Translations under genes and position numbers: made by a program
Assembly (NCBI RefSeq): GCF_900167395.1
Contig: NZ_FUWK01000005.1
Coordinates: forward strand, 30,001-62,000
Length of the DNA stretch: 32,000 nucleotides
From: Nitrosomonas europaea
Lineage (GTDB): Bacteria > Pseudomonadota > Gammaproteobacteria > Burkholderiales > Nitrosomonadaceae
Direction: 5' to 3'
Shown: positions 15,423 to 27,134 of the stretch, one piece after another
How the letters are laid out: each line of letters starts with the position of its first letter
How positions within the stretch are numbered: the stretch's first letter is position 1
Notes under the pieces: model-generated
Seen by the model: only the letters and a program-made list of their open reading frames with translations
Database searches by the model: none
What the model was told of the DNA's origin: nothing

Positions 15423-16427
15423 TCACTCATACGGCTGAGAACGTGGTGTATCGTTATTGGAAGGTGGCAGAATCGGCAACTTGAAGTCAGGCTGATCGCC
15501 GGTCAGGGTTTTCAGGAAAGCAACGATTTTGGAAACTTCATCCTTGTTGAACTCACGGTTCAATTGGATTCTTCCCATGGTCTCCACTGCCTGTTCCAGC
15601 GTTGCGGCCCCTCCATCATGAAAATAGGGGTAGGTCAGCTCGATATTTCTCAACGTTGGCACTTTGAATACATTACGATCAGCTTCATTGCCGGTCACAT
15701 CCATCCGCCCCGCGGCCGGGTTTTTGGTCTCATAGGGTTTAAAAACACCCATTTTCTGATAAGAACTTCCACCCACGGCTGGTCCATTATGACATTGCAC
15801 GCAACCGCTGCCCTTGAACAGGTTGTAGCCTTCCAGCTCATCCTGATTCAGTGCGTTTTTATCGCCTTCCAGCCATTTGTCGAATTTTGAACCCGGTGTC
15901 ACCAGCGTTTCTTCAAATTGGGCAATTGCGGTGGTGATGCGATCGATCGTCACTTCATCGGAACCAAAGACTTTCTTGAATCGCTCACGATATTGAGGCA
16001 TGGAAGCGACCACTTTTTCTGCTATCTCATGGGTAGAGGCCATTTCCTTCGGGTTGGCAATCGGGCCGGCAGCCTGTTCTTTCAGGTCTTTGGCTCTGCC
16101 ATCCCAGAATTGCGCCAGATTCATGCTGGAATTCAGGACAGTCGGAGCATTGATCGGGCCTTGCTGCCATTTGTGCCCGATCGAGGTGGTAATATTATCG
16201 GTTCCGCCCATGCTCAGGTTATGACAGGAATTGCAGGAAATGAACCCCGATTTGGAAAGTCTGGGGTCAAAAAACAGCATTTTCCCCAGCTCTGCCATAT
16301 CGGCATTCTCCGGAGTCACCGCCTTAATCGGTTGTATCGGTTCATTGGCAGCCATTACACCGGCAGACGCAAACATCGCCCCCAGACTTAATGACAGCAG
16401 CGAAACAGTCAGTGTACGCTTGATCAT
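15423..16427 (-). CDS. ccp: Di-haem cytochrome c peroxidase
   Basis: Signal peptide; two CXXCH sites (CNSCHN, CVQCHN); conserved ...FWDGRA...PFHDGG...; 334 aa; good RBS (AAGGAGAG). Confidence 0.95.
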   Translation of the reverse strand: MIKRTLTVSLLSLSLGAMFASAGVMAANEPIQPIKAVTPENADMAELGKMLFFDPRLSKSGFISCNSCHNLSMGGTDNITTSIGHKWQQGPINAPTVLNSSMNLAQFWDGRAKDLKEQAAGPIANPKEMASTHEIAEKVVASMPQYRERFKKVFGSDEVTIDRITTAIAQFEETLVTPGSKFDKWLEGDKNALNQDELEGYNLFKGSGCVQCHNGPAVGGSSYQKMGVFKPYETKNPAAGRMDVTGNEADRNVFKVPTLRNIELTYPYFHDGGAATLEQAVETMGRIQLNREFNKDEVSKIVAFLKTLTGDQPDFKLPILPPSNNDTPRSQPYE

Positions 16428-16530
16428 TGCACTCTCCTTGTGATTTGAATAATTGTAACGGCTGACATGGCGCAGCCGCTTACGCCTTGAATTCCTCCAT
16501 CTGACTCAAAACTTCGGGCAAAAACCAGAA

Positions 16531-17094
16531 TCAGCTCTGCCTGGTATCAGAAGATTTCTTTCTATTTTTTTCAACCGGCTCCAGTGGTTCCCGATAAGCC
16601 CGGTCATTACCCAGGCCGGCTTCATGATCCAGCAGTCGCGAAAGCTCTGTCAGCGCCTGGCGATAAACCTGCCGCTTGAACTCAACTACGGATTCCAGCT
16701 CGACCCAGTACTGATTCCAGCGCCAGGCATCGAATTCGGGATGTGCGCAGGTTTCGAGTGATACATCACTGTCTCTCCCCAACAGACGCAGCAAAAACCA
16801 GATCTGTTTCTGTCCCCGGTAGTTTTTGCGCCAGTCCCGGCGAGTCCAGCAGGCGGGTACGTCGTAACGCAGCCACTCCCTCGTCCGCCCCAGAATTTCC
16901 ACGTGTACGGGTTGCAGACCTGTTTCTTCCGCCAACTCCCGATACATCGCCTCAGTGGGTGTTTCTCCCGACTTTATCCCACCCTGCGGAAACTGCCATG
17001 AATCTTGCCGGGCACGCTTTCCCCAGAAAACCTGGTTTTGTGAATTCAGGAGAATAATACCGACATTTGCTCTATATCCATTACGGTCTATCAT
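16531..17094 (-). CDS. rppH: RNA pyrophosphohydrolase RppH (NudH, Nudix family)
   Basis: [17 protein letters not shown]...[28 protein letters not shown] (Nudix box) followed by the RppH-typical C-terminal region. Confidence 0.92.
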   Translation of the reverse strand: MIDRNGYRANVGIILLNSQNQVFWGKRARQDSWQFPQGGIKSGETPTEAMYRELAEETGLQPVHVEILGRTREWLRYDVPACWTRRDWRKNYRGQKQIWFLLRLLGRDSDVSLETCAHPEFDAWRWNQYWVELESVVEFKRQVYRQALTELSRLLDHEAGLGNDRAYREPLEPVEKNRKKSSDTRQS

Positions 17095-17332
17095 CCGATT
17101 CGCCCATCAATTTAACTTAATCTGCTTGAACTGCCGATAATTCTTCCATATTTCGATAACGATTTATAGTGCAGAACCTGGCGGCACCACAAATCACCGC
17201 AATTTTCACGATTACCCTGCTTTGACTCCCGGAACAGCGGCCAATTCCTGTCGAAATACGCTGAAGCACGCCGGATTACGACGATTTCAAGGTAAAATTC
17301 CTGATTACCTACAATGATAATGGAATCCCATC

Positions 17333-19039
17333 ATGCGCGTTTCTCAATTCTTCCTTGCGACACTCAAAGAAGCTCCTGCTGAAGCCGAGCTGATCAGTCA
17401 CCGGCTGATGCTGCGAGCCGGGCTGATCAAGCGTCTGGGCAGCGGATTGTATACCTGGATGCCGCTGGGTCTGAGAATTCTACACAAGATCGAGCATATC
17501 ATCCGCGAGGAAATGAATAACAGTGGCGCACTGGAGCTTCTAATGCCTGCCGTTCATCCGGCTGAGCTCTGGCAGGAAACAGGTCGGTGGGATGTATTCG
17601 GCCCGCAAATGCTGAAAATTCAGGATCGACACAAACACGACTTCTGCTTTGGCCCGACGCATGAAGAAGTCATCGTCGATATCGCACGCCGTGAAATCAA
17701 AAGCTACCGGCAGCTACCCATCAATTTCTACCAGATTCAGACTAAGTTTCGTGATGAAATCCGTCCGCGATTTGGCGTGATGCGCGCGCGGGAATTCATC
17801 ATGAAGGATGCTTATTCCTTTCATGCCGATGTGGATAGTCTGGAGCAGACCTATCGTCTCATGCAGGAAACGTACAGCAGAATTTTTACCCGGATCGGCC
17901 TGAAGTTCCGTGCAGTCGCTGCTGATACCGGCGCAATAGGCGGCAGCGGATCGCATGAATTTCACGTTCTGGCCGATTCCGGTGAAGATGCCATCGCCTT
18001 CTGCCCTGCTTCCGATTATGCCGCCAATATCGAACTTGCCGAAGCCGTGCCTCATGGTATTCCACGCAAGGAGCCGGCAGGAATCATGGCGAAAATCGCC
18101 ACCCCCGATCGCAAATCCTGCCAGGATGTGGCTGACTTTCTGGGTATTCCGGTTGAACAGACACTCAAAGCGCTGGCTGTAACCGCAGGAGGTAAGTTTT
18201 ACTTACTATTGCTGCGGGGCGATCATCAGCTCAACGAAACCAAAGTCAGAAAAATCCCGTTTCTGGGTGATTTCGAGTTTGCTGAAGAAAGCAGGATCAT
18301 TGCCGAGATGAGTTGCCCACCGGGATACCTCGGACCGGTGGGTGTAAAAGCAGAAATCATCGCTGACCGGGCCGTTCTGGAAATGAGCGATTTCACCTGT
18401 GGTGCAAACGAGGAAGGCTTTCATCTGAGTCATGTCAATTTCGGGCGTGATCTGCCGTTGCCGGACCAGGTATTCGATATTCGCAACATAGTGGCAGGCG
18501 ATCCTTCACCCGATGGCAAGGGCGTACTTGAAATCTGCCGAGGTATCGAAGTCGGTCATGTTTTTCAGTTGCGCACCAAATATTCGGAAAAAATGAAGGC
18601 TACCTATCTGGATGAGTCCGGACAAACCCGAATTATGGAAATGGGCTGCTATGGCATTGGTGTTTCACGTATCGTCGCTGCAGCCATTGAGCAAAACTAT
18701 GATGAACGAGGCATTATATTTCCACAAACGATCGCCCCGTTCCAGTTGTCGATCATTCCGGTCGGTTATCATAAAAGTCAGCAAGTCCGGACTGAAGCCG
18801 AAAAACTTTATCAGGCCTGTCGTTCAGCAGGTATCGAGGTATTGCTGGACGACCGCGAGGAGAGACCCGGCGTCATGTTCGCAGATCAGGAACTAATTGG
18901 AATCCCGCATCGTATCGTGATCGGTGAACGGAATCTGCGGGAGGGTATGGTGGAATATCAGGGGCGACTGGACAAAACACCTCAAATGCTCTCACTGTCG
19001 GAGGCAGCTTCCATCATCAGTAAAATATGTGGCGATTGA
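17333..19039 (+). CDS. proS: Prolyl-tRNA synthetase
   Basis: 568 aa: [46 protein letters not shown]... Class II motifs and the bacterial-type editing insertion. Confidence 0.97.
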
Positions 19040-19620
19040 TATATTCTCTGTTATTTCTGATACCCGGTGCAGCGATGGCCGGAGCACAGGTATATGAGCC
19101 CTTATCGGCCAGTACCCGTACCGTATTGCATCGCACCATCAGCGACCAGGCAGTGCCCATGCTCGTCACCCTCCCCGGGCCTGAAGCAAAAGACTGGTTA
19201 GACAGCATGACGAAACGCCTGGAAAAACGGATATCTGACATCGAGGAACGCAGGGCATTTCTGATCACCGTTCACTATGAAGCTACTCGCGCCGGGCTCG
19301 ATCCCGAACTGGTGCTCAGCATCATCCAGGTCGAAAGTAATTTCAGAAAATACGCGGTCTCTTCTGCCGGAGCACGCGGGTATATGCAGGTCATGCCGTT
19401 CTGGGTAGATACGATCGGCAATCCGGAACACAATCTGTTTCATCTGCGCGTCAACCTGCGTTACGGTTGCACCATCCTTCGCCACTATCTCGATCTGGAA
19501 CAGGGGGATTATTTCAGGGCACTGGGAAGATATAACGGCAGTCTGGGCAAGGCCGGCTACCCCAATCTGGTATTCAACGCCTGGCACCGCCACTGGACTT
19601 ACTCCACGGCTTCACAATAG
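19027..19620 (+). CDS. Lytic transglycosylase (SLT domain) with signal peptide
   Basis: [30 protein letters not shown] is the SLT catalytic Glu motif. N-terminal signal [18 protein letters not shown]. Overlaps the proS end by 13 nt. Confidence 0.85.
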
Positions 19621-19637
19621 CCAGATTCATATATCGT

Positions 19638-20099
19638 CTAGTGAGTGTTGATGAAAGCTTCGATTTCAGCGCGGGTAATCAGCCCGATTTTACGTGCTGC
19701 GGGCTTTCCATCAGGATCGAACAGATACGTACTTGGCAACATCGAAAGCTCATCTCCGAGTTGTGCTGCTGCAGTTCTGTCACCCAGCACGATCGGATAG
19801 GGAATCGTCATCTTCTCCACAAATTTCATGACATCTCGAGCATCGTCATACTCCATCGCAATCCCGATGATGACGATGTCGTTTCTTTCCCGGGACAACT
19901 CGGACAAATCAGGAATTTCTCTCAGGCAGGGTGGACACCACGTTGCCCAGAAATTGACCAATACCCATTTCCCCTTATAACCCGACAAAGTATGCGTTTT
20001 GCCTGAACTGTCCTCGAAGCGGAAACCATAGGCTCCCGCCTCGAAAACAGGCAGATACCCGATCAGCACAAGCAGGAAAATTGTAAACCACCGTTTCAT
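19638..20099 (-). CDS. TlpA/ResA-like periplasmic thiol:disulfide oxidoreductase (thioredoxin fold)
   Basis: Signal/anchor, then KWVLVNFWATWCPPCLREIPDL (WCPPC active site). Confidence 0.88.
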   Translation of the reverse strand: MKRWFTIFLLVLIGYLPVFEAGAYGFRFEDSSGKTHTLSGYKGKWVLVNFWATWCPPCLREIPDLSELSRERNDIVIIGIAMEYDDARDVMKFVEKMTIPYPIVLGDRTAAAQLGDELSMLPSTYLFDPDGKPAARKIGLITRAEIEAFINTH

Positions 20100-20272
20100 C
20101 GACTATTCCGACAGAATTGACCGGAGCAGTTCATCCTGCAAGACCGGTTGTGATCTTTTCCGGGAAACCGCGCTACAAGAACCATATCTGTACCGCAAAT
20201 CATGATCTGCTCTGGTTATTTTCATGCAATCAATTCTGGCAGTCAGCAATTTTCAGTGGCTCCTATCCTCAA

Positions 20273-21805
20273 CTAAATCTGGGGATGGGTTCGTTCCAGA
20301 CTGGAGTGCAATTTATTGCAGGCACTCAGATAGGCTTTGGCAGAAGCCGCAATGATATCGGTATCTGCTCCATGACCATTGACGATCCGCCCGGCTTTCT
20401 GCAGGCGAACAGTTACTTCACCCTGTGCATCCGTCCCGCTGGTGATATTGTTCACGGAGAACAATTGCAGCTCTACTTTACTGTCCAGTATTTTCTCGAT
20501 CGCGCGAAATGTTGCATCTACCGGGCCACTCCCTTCGGATACGGCCTGTTTTTCACTGCCTCCCACGGCAATGACGACCTGGGCCGAGGGTATTTCTCCG
20601 GTTTCACTGACTGCATGCAGTGAAAGCAGGCGATAGTGCTCCTCGGGAATCTGTGCCTCATCCGAGACCAGCGCATGCAGATCCTCATCGAAGATTTCAT
20701 GCTTCTTGTCTGCAAGATCCTTGAAGCGCAAGAATATGGCATTCAGTTTCTCTTCTGATTCCAACCCGATTCCCAGTTCTTTCAAACGACTGCGAAACGC
20801 ATTCCGGCCAGAATGTTTACCCAGCAGCAATTTGTTTGCTCCCCAGCCCACATCTTCTGCACGCATGATTTCATAGGTTTCACGGTGCTTGAGTACTCCA
20901 TCCTGATGAATACCTGATTCATGGGCAAAGGCATTGGCACCGACAATTGCCTTGTTGGGCTGCACCGGAAACCCGGTAATCCCTGAAACCAGCTTGCTGG
21001 CGGGTACGATCTGCGTTGTATCGATACGTGTATCGCATGGAAAATAATCCTGCCGTGTACGCACGGCCATCACGATTTCTTCAAGTGCAGCATTACCGGC
21101 CCGCTCACCCAGACCATTGATGGTACATTCCACCTGGCGTGCACCATTCATGACCGCGGACAGTGAGTTAGCCACTGCCAAACCGAGATCGTTATGGCAG
21201 TGAACCGAGAATATAGCCTTGTCAGAATTCGGAATGCGCTCTCGCAGCGTACGGATCAGACCACCAAACTGATCCGGCATGGTATATCCCACCGTATCCG
21301 GAATATTCAGTGTCCGTGCACCTGCATCGATCACTGCTTCCAGCACTCGGCACAGAAAATCGATCTCGGATCGCCCGGCATCTTCAGGGGAAAATTCGAC
21401 GTTATCAGTGTACTGACGTGCCCACTTTACTGCCTTGATCGCCTGATCGATGACCTGATCGGGCGACATGCGCAGCTTGTTCTTCATATGGATCGGAGAT
21501 GTCGCGATGAAGGTATGAATACGCACATTCTGATTGACCTGCAAAGCTTCCCCGGTACGATCGATGTCGGCCTCCATCGCACGGGCAAGACCACACACCG
21601 TACTGTTGCTTACTGCCTCTGCCACTGCCCGGACCGCTTCAAAATCACCTCTCGAAGCAGCCGGGAAACCCGCTTCTATCACATCCACACCCATACGCTC
21701 CAACTGCCTGGCGATGCGTACCTTTTCTTCCATGGTCATGGATGCGCCGGGACTCTGTTCCCCGTCACGCAAAGTCGTATCAAAAATAACCAAATGCTCT
21801 TTCAT
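20273..21805 (-). CDS. leuA: 2-isopropylmalate synthase
   Basis: [24 protein letters not shown]...[14 protein letters not shown]..., 510 aa with the C-terminal LeuA regulatory domain. Confidence 0.97.
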   Translation of the reverse strand: MKEHLVIFDTTLRDGEQSPGASMTMEEKVRIARQLERMGVDVIEAGFPAASRGDFEAVRAVAEAVSNSTVCGLARAMEADIDRTGEALQVNQNVRIHTFIATSPIHMKNKLRMSPDQVIDQAIKAVKWARQYTDNVEFSPEDAGRSEIDFLCRVLEAVIDAGARTLNIPDTVGYTMPDQFGGLIRTLRERIPNSDKAIFSVHCHNDLGLAVANSLSAVMNGARQVECTINGLGERAGNAALEEIVMAVRTRQDYFPCDTRIDTTQIVPASKLVSGITGFPVQPNKAIVGANAFAHESGIHQDGVLKHRETYEIMRAEDVGWGANKLLLGKHSGRNAFRSRLKELGIGLESEEKLNAIFLRFKDLADKKHEIFDEDLHALVSDEAQIPEEHYRLLSLHAVSETGEIPSAQVVIAVGGSEKQAVSEGSGPVDATFRAIEKILDSKVELQLFSVNNITSGTDAQGEVTVRLQKAGRIVNGHGADTDIIAASAKAYLSACNKLHSSLERTHPQI

Positions 21806-22043
21806 TGTTCCACTCCACTATTATTCTGGCTAAAACGGACAACCGGCTGGCGGTGTACCAGCCCACATGCTTCAAAACAGATTAAGAAATGATTGAAATA
21901 ATTAGCGCGCAAGGCGCAGCAGTCGGCCAGTCAGATACAGCCAGGCTGTCAGACGGAAAGGATGAAAGGCGGGAGTAATTTCAGTAAATTGCATCATGCC
22001 GGCAAATATAAAACGTTTACCTTCATTTCGCAACAGCAGATGT

Positions 22044-22823
22044 TCAAGTTTCTTTACGGATTTCGTTACGTTTTCTGTTCTTGTACAGCCGCCAGATCTT
22101 CATGCCATATCCGGATAACGCATAAGTCAGAAATACCCCGAACAACACCAGCGGTGGATGACTCGGAATCAGAACGAAAAAGAACAGAAGCAGCAGCAAA
22201 ACCACAAAAAATGAAACTTTCTTGTGCAGATTGAATTCTTTACCGCTGTAGTAAGGGATATTGGTCACCATGGTCAAGCCGGCAAACAGTGTCATGGCCC
22301 ACGCCAGCCATGTGATATCGGCAGCATCTACCTGGAAACCCAGTACTACCCAGATCATTCCGGCGATCAGAGCAGCCGCAGCCGGACTGGGCAAGCCTTG
22401 AAAATATTTCTTGTCGACGACTTCGACCGTTACATTGAAACGGGCAAGGCGCAACGCTGCACAAGCACAATAGATGAATGCAGCGATCCAGCCCAGTTTC
22501 CCCAGATCTCTCAACGCCCATTCGTACACAATCAATGCAGGAGCCACACCAAACGAAACCATATCAGACAGGCTATCGTACTCTGCACCGAATTCACTTT
22601 GCGTATGCGTCAGGCGTGCCACCCGGCCATCCAGGCCATCAAATACCATGGCCACAAAAATGGCAATGGCAGAATGCTCATAATGACCATTCATCGCCTG
22701 GACAATCGCATAGAAACCGGCAAACAGCGCCGCAGTCGTGAAGAGATTGGGCAGCAGATAGATACCCCGTCTCCTCCACCGCGGGCCTGTGACGGGCAGT
22801 TGCTCTGGATCAGATTCCTGCAT
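22044..22823 (-). CDS. pssA: CDP-diacylglycerol--serine O-phosphatidyltransferase
   Basis: CDP-alcohol phosphatidyltransferase motif DGLDGRVARLTHTQSEFGAEYDSLSD; multi-TM; adjacent to psd. Confidence 0.92.
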   Translation of the reverse strand: MQESDPEQLPVTGPRWRRRGIYLLPNLFTTAALFAGFYAIVQAMNGHYEHSAIAIFVAMVFDGLDGRVARLTHTQSEFGAEYDSLSDMVSFGVAPALIVYEWALRDLGKLGWIAAFIYCACAALRLARFNVTVEVVDKKYFQGLPSPAAAALIAGMIWVVLGFQVDAADITWLAWAMTLFAGLTMVTNIPYYSGKEFNLHKKVSFFVVLLLLLFFFVLIPSHPPLVLFGVFLTYALSGYGMKIWRLYKNRKRNEIRKET

Positions 22824-22852
22824 AAACTGACATAGGCATAGATCGGAGATAA

Positions 22853-23503
22853 TCAGTGAAATTCAGCCAATACCGTTTGAGTGGCATAAACCTTGTCACC
22901 AATTGCGACATTGACTTTCGTTCCCAACGGAAGATAGACATCGACACGTGAACCGAAACGGATGAAACCGAAACGCTGTCCGCGAGCAAGATGTTCCCCC
23001 GGGTGGACATGGCAGACGATCCGCTTTGCGATGAGGCCAGCTATCTGCACACATGTCACATCCTGCCCTCCGTCGGTTCTGATCCACAAAGCATTGCGTT
23101 CATTCTCCAGCGAAGCTTTGGGCAGGCTTGCGTTCAGAAAATTTCCGGGAAAGTACCATCGATTGCGTATTTCACCATCCACCGGACTGCGGTTCGAGTG
23201 CACGTTGAAAACATTCATGAAAACACTGACTTTCAGCGCTTCACGCGGCAGATAAGGATCCTGCACCTTATCCACAGCAACGATACGCCCATCTGCCGGG
23301 GCAAGTACAGCCCCGGCAAGAGCCGGCACCACCCGTGGAGGATCGCGAAAGAACTGCAGAACGAACAGCGCAATCAGCCAGAATGGCAGTGCCCATAACC
23401 AGCCTGCCATAAACTGCACCAGTAACGCCACAGCAAATGCACCGGCGATGAAGGGCCATCCTTCACGTGCAATGATCGGATGAGGGTAGTAAGGAGTCGA
23501 CAT
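22853..23503 (-). CDS. psd: Phosphatidylserine decarboxylase proenzyme (short type)
   Basis: ...[13 protein letters not shown]...[18 protein letters not shown] (the G-S self-cleavage motif near the C-terminus), 216 aa. Confidence 0.92.
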   Translation of the reverse strand: MSTPYYPHPIIAREGWPFIAGAFAVALLVQFMAGWLWALPFWLIALFVLQFFRDPPRVVPALAGAVLAPADGRIVAVDKVQDPYLPREALKVSVFMNVFNVHSNRSPVDGEIRNRWYFPGNFLNASLPKASLENERNALWIRTDGGQDVTCVQIAGLIAKRIVCHVHPGEHLARGQRFGFIRFGSRVDVYLPLGTKVNVAIGDKVYATQTVLAEFH

Positions 23504-23507
23504 ACGC

Positions 23508-24611
<1,104 letters not shown>

Positions 24612-24619
24612 CTAAAAAA

Positions 24620-25111
24620 TTACAGCTTTAAAACCCGTTCTCCACGGCTGAGACCCGAAACACCTGTTCTGGCTATTTCCAGAATCAGATTGCAATCTAC
24701 TGCCTGCAAAAAACCATCCAGTTTCGACCGGGTTCCCGTAAGCTCGATTGTGTAGAGCTCGTTGGTAACGTCGATGATATTGCCTCGAAATATATCAGCA
24801 AGCCGCTTCATCTCCTCACGATCCTTACCCACCGCCCTTACTTTTACCAGCATGAGTTCCCGCTCGACATAACCTTCACTGCTCAAATCAATCAGTTTGA
24901 CGACTTCAATCAGTTTATTGAGCTGTTTGGTGATCTGTTCGACGATTTCATCCGGCCCATTGGTGACCAGCGTCATACGGGACAATGTCGGATCTTCAGT
25001 AGGCGCGACAGACAGAGACTCAATATTGTAACCACGAGCAGAAAACAGGCCTGCCACCCGCGACAGGGCACCGGCCTCGTTTTCCATTAACAAAGAAATA
25101 ATATGTCGCAT
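24620..25111 (-). CDS. ilvH: Acetolactate synthase small (regulatory) subunit
   Basis: MRHIISLLMENEAGALSRVAGLFSARGYNIESLSVAPTEDPTLSRMT (ACT domain), 163 aa, 4 nt after ilvI. Confidence 0.96.
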   Translation of the reverse strand: MRHIISLLMENEAGALSRVAGLFSARGYNIESLSVAPTEDPTLSRMTLVTNGPDEIVEQITKQLNKLIEVVKLIDLSSEGYVERELMLVKVRAVGKDREEMKRLADIFRGNIIDVTNELYTIELTGTRSKLDGFLQAVDCNLILEIARTGVSGLSRGERVLKL

Positions 25112-25115
25112 ACTG

Positions 25116-26819
25116 TTATACCAGAATCATTTCGGACAAACCTTTGCCACCAGGTACCATAGGAAAAACATTCTCGGTCTGATCCGTAATGAAATCCATG
25201 AATACCAGTTGTTCTTCCAGTTTGAAGGCTTCTCTCAACGCACCATCGATATCTTCCGGTTTATCGATCCGCATGCCGACATGCCCGTAACTTTCTGCCA
25301 GTTTGACAAAATCGGGTAATGCATCCATATAGGATTCAGCGTAACGGTTGCCATGGAAAAACTCCTGCCATTGACGCACCATCCCCATGTAACGGTTGTT
25401 CAAATTGATGATCTTGATGGGCAGACGATACTGTTTACAGGTGGATAACTCCTGAATGCACATCTGGATACTTGCCTCTCCGGTAATACAGGCCACCGTA
25501 CTGCCCGGGTTGGCCATCTGTACCCCCATCGCAGAAGGCAGACCGAATCCCATCGTACCCAAGCCACCGGAATTAACCCAGCGGCGCGGTTTATCAAATT
25601 TGTAAAACTGGGCTGCCCACATCTGATGCTGCCCGACGTCAGAAGTAATGAAGGCGTCTCCGCCGGTTATTTCATACAGTTTTTCCACCACCAGCTGCGG
25701 CTTGATAACGCTGGCCGACCGGTCATATTTCAGGCAATCACGTGCCCGCCACAACTCGACCTGCTCCCACCATTTGTTCAAAGCATGGACATCAGTCGTC
25801 TCCCTGCCGGCTCTCAGCAGCATGATCAACTCTTTCAGTACCGCAGATACACTGCCGACGATAGGAACATCCACCTTGACCCGCTTGGAAATCGATGATG
25901 GATCGATGTCGATATGGATGATTTTCCGTTCTTCGCTGTAGAAATGCTTGGGATTTCCGATGACGCGATCATCAAAACGAGCACCGACTGCGATCAGCAC
26001 ATCGCAGTATTGCATGGCCATATTGGCTTCGTAGGTACCATGCATGCCCAGCATCCCGACAAATTGCCGGTCAGTCGCCGGATATCCTCCCAACCCCATG
26101 AGGGTACTGGTACAGGGAAAATTCAGCATCTGCACGAGTTCTGTCAATTCTGCCGCAGCATCATCCAGAATCACCCCGCCACCGGTATAGACCATGGGAC
26201 GCTTGGCTTCCAGGATCATCTGGACGGCTTTCCTGAGCTGTTGGGCATCCCCGTTGATTACCGGTGAGTAGGAACGCAATGAGATACTGGCAGGATAATG
26301 AAATTCCGCCTTCTGCTGGGTGACGTCCTTGGGAATATCCACCAATACCGGTCCTGGACGACCGGTTGAAGCAATATAAAAAGCTTTTTTGATTGTGACC
26401 GCCAGCTCCGATACATCCTTCACCAGAAAGTTGTGTTTGACACAAGGCCGTGTAATTCCCACGGTATCCACTTCCTGGAAGGCATCCTGACCAATGGCAG
26501 CCGTGGGAACCTGCCCACTGATAATCACCATTGGGATGGAATCCATGTAAGCGGTAGCAATACCCGTTACGGCATTGGTCACCCCCGGGCCAGATGTCAC
26601 CAGTGCTACACCGACCTTGTTACTGGAACGCGCATAACCATCCGCTGCATGGAGGGCAGCCTGTTCATGGCGAACCAGAATATGCTTGACTTTATCCTGC
26701 TTGAACAATTCATCATACAGGAACAATACGGCACCGCCGGGATAGCCAAAAATATGACTTACCCCCTCCTCCTGCAGACAACGTATCGTAATCTCGGCAC
26801 CTGTCAGTTCAGTACTCAT
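25116..26819 (-). CDS. ilvI: Acetolactate synthase large (catalytic) subunit
   Basis: 567 aa. ThDP-enzyme motifs: GYPGGAVL..., ...GTMGFGLPSAMG..., GEASIQMCIQEL. Confidence 0.97.
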   Translation of the reverse strand: MSTELTGAEITIRCLQEEGVSHIFGYPGGAVLFLYDELFKQDKVKHILVRHEQAALHAADGYARSSNKVGVALVTSGPGVTNAVTGIATAYMDSIPMVIISGQVPTAAIGQDAFQEVDTVGITRPCVKHNFLVKDVSELAVTIKKAFYIASTGRPGPVLVDIPKDVTQQKAEFHYPASISLRSYSPVINGDAQQLRKAVQMILEAKRPMVYTGGGVILDDAAAELTELVQMLNFPCTSTLMGLGGYPATDRQFVGMLGMHGTYEANMAMQYCDVLIAVGARFDDRVIGNPKHFYSEERKIIHIDIDPSSISKRVKVDVPIVGSVSAVLKELIMLLRAGRETTDVHALNKWWEQVELWRARDCLKYDRSASVIKPQLVVEKLYEITGGDAFITSDVGQHQMWAAQFYKFDKPRRWVNSGGLGTMGFGLPSAMGVQMANPGSTVACITGEASIQMCIQELSTCKQYRLPIKIINLNNRYMGMVRQWQEFFHGNRYAESYMDALPDFVKLAESYGHVGMRIDKPEDIDGALREAFKLEEQLVFMDFITDQTENVFPMVPGGKGLSEMILV

Positions 26820-26944
26820 ACCAGGGAATCCCCAGACTCAAAATAATTTTTCTTCATCTCATCATTAAAACCAATATTTGCTTTGTATCGATTCCGATTA
26901 CAAAACCATAAAACGCTTTGGAGCACCCTGCATTCGGTGCGCAC

Positions 26945-26995
26945 AAATAAAAAATGCGAGACCCCTGTCCAAACGATCGGAGGACAGTGTATCTC
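26945..26995 (-). terminator. Terminator-like hairpin inside the ~315-nt ilvI leader (possible attenuator)
   Basis: Minus strand reads GAGA-uaca-CUGUCC-N11-GGACAG-ggg-UCUC-gca-UUUUUUAUUU, about 125 nt upstream of the ilvI ATG. Confidence 0.35.
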
Positions 26996-27134
26996 CCGGA
27001 TTTTTCCTGACCGACAGCAAAGGGAGCAAGATACGAAACAAATAACCCTTGTCTCTGTTACCAGGATTATATATTGACTTCCGGCAAATATCTCGGTAAT
27101 ACCACAACTATATTAATGGTTTCAGCATGCGGAA

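Noticed and set aside
21902-21997. 31-codon minus-strand ORF (MMQFTEITPAFHPFRLTAWLYLTGRLLRLAR*) in the pssA-leuA gap as a leucine leader peptide.
   Set aside because: The Leu codons are scattered rather than in a consecutive run. There is no convincing terminator/antiterminator pair: only a 6-bp GGCTGG/CCAGCC stem with a distant weak U-run.
27074-27102. Near-consensus plus-strand sigma-70 promoter TTGACT-17 nt-TAATAC.
   Set aside because: It points into the 3' end of the minus-strand tldD gene, with no plus-strand ORF downstream. It could drive an antisense RNA, but a single hexamer pair in AT-rich intergenic DNA is expected by chance.
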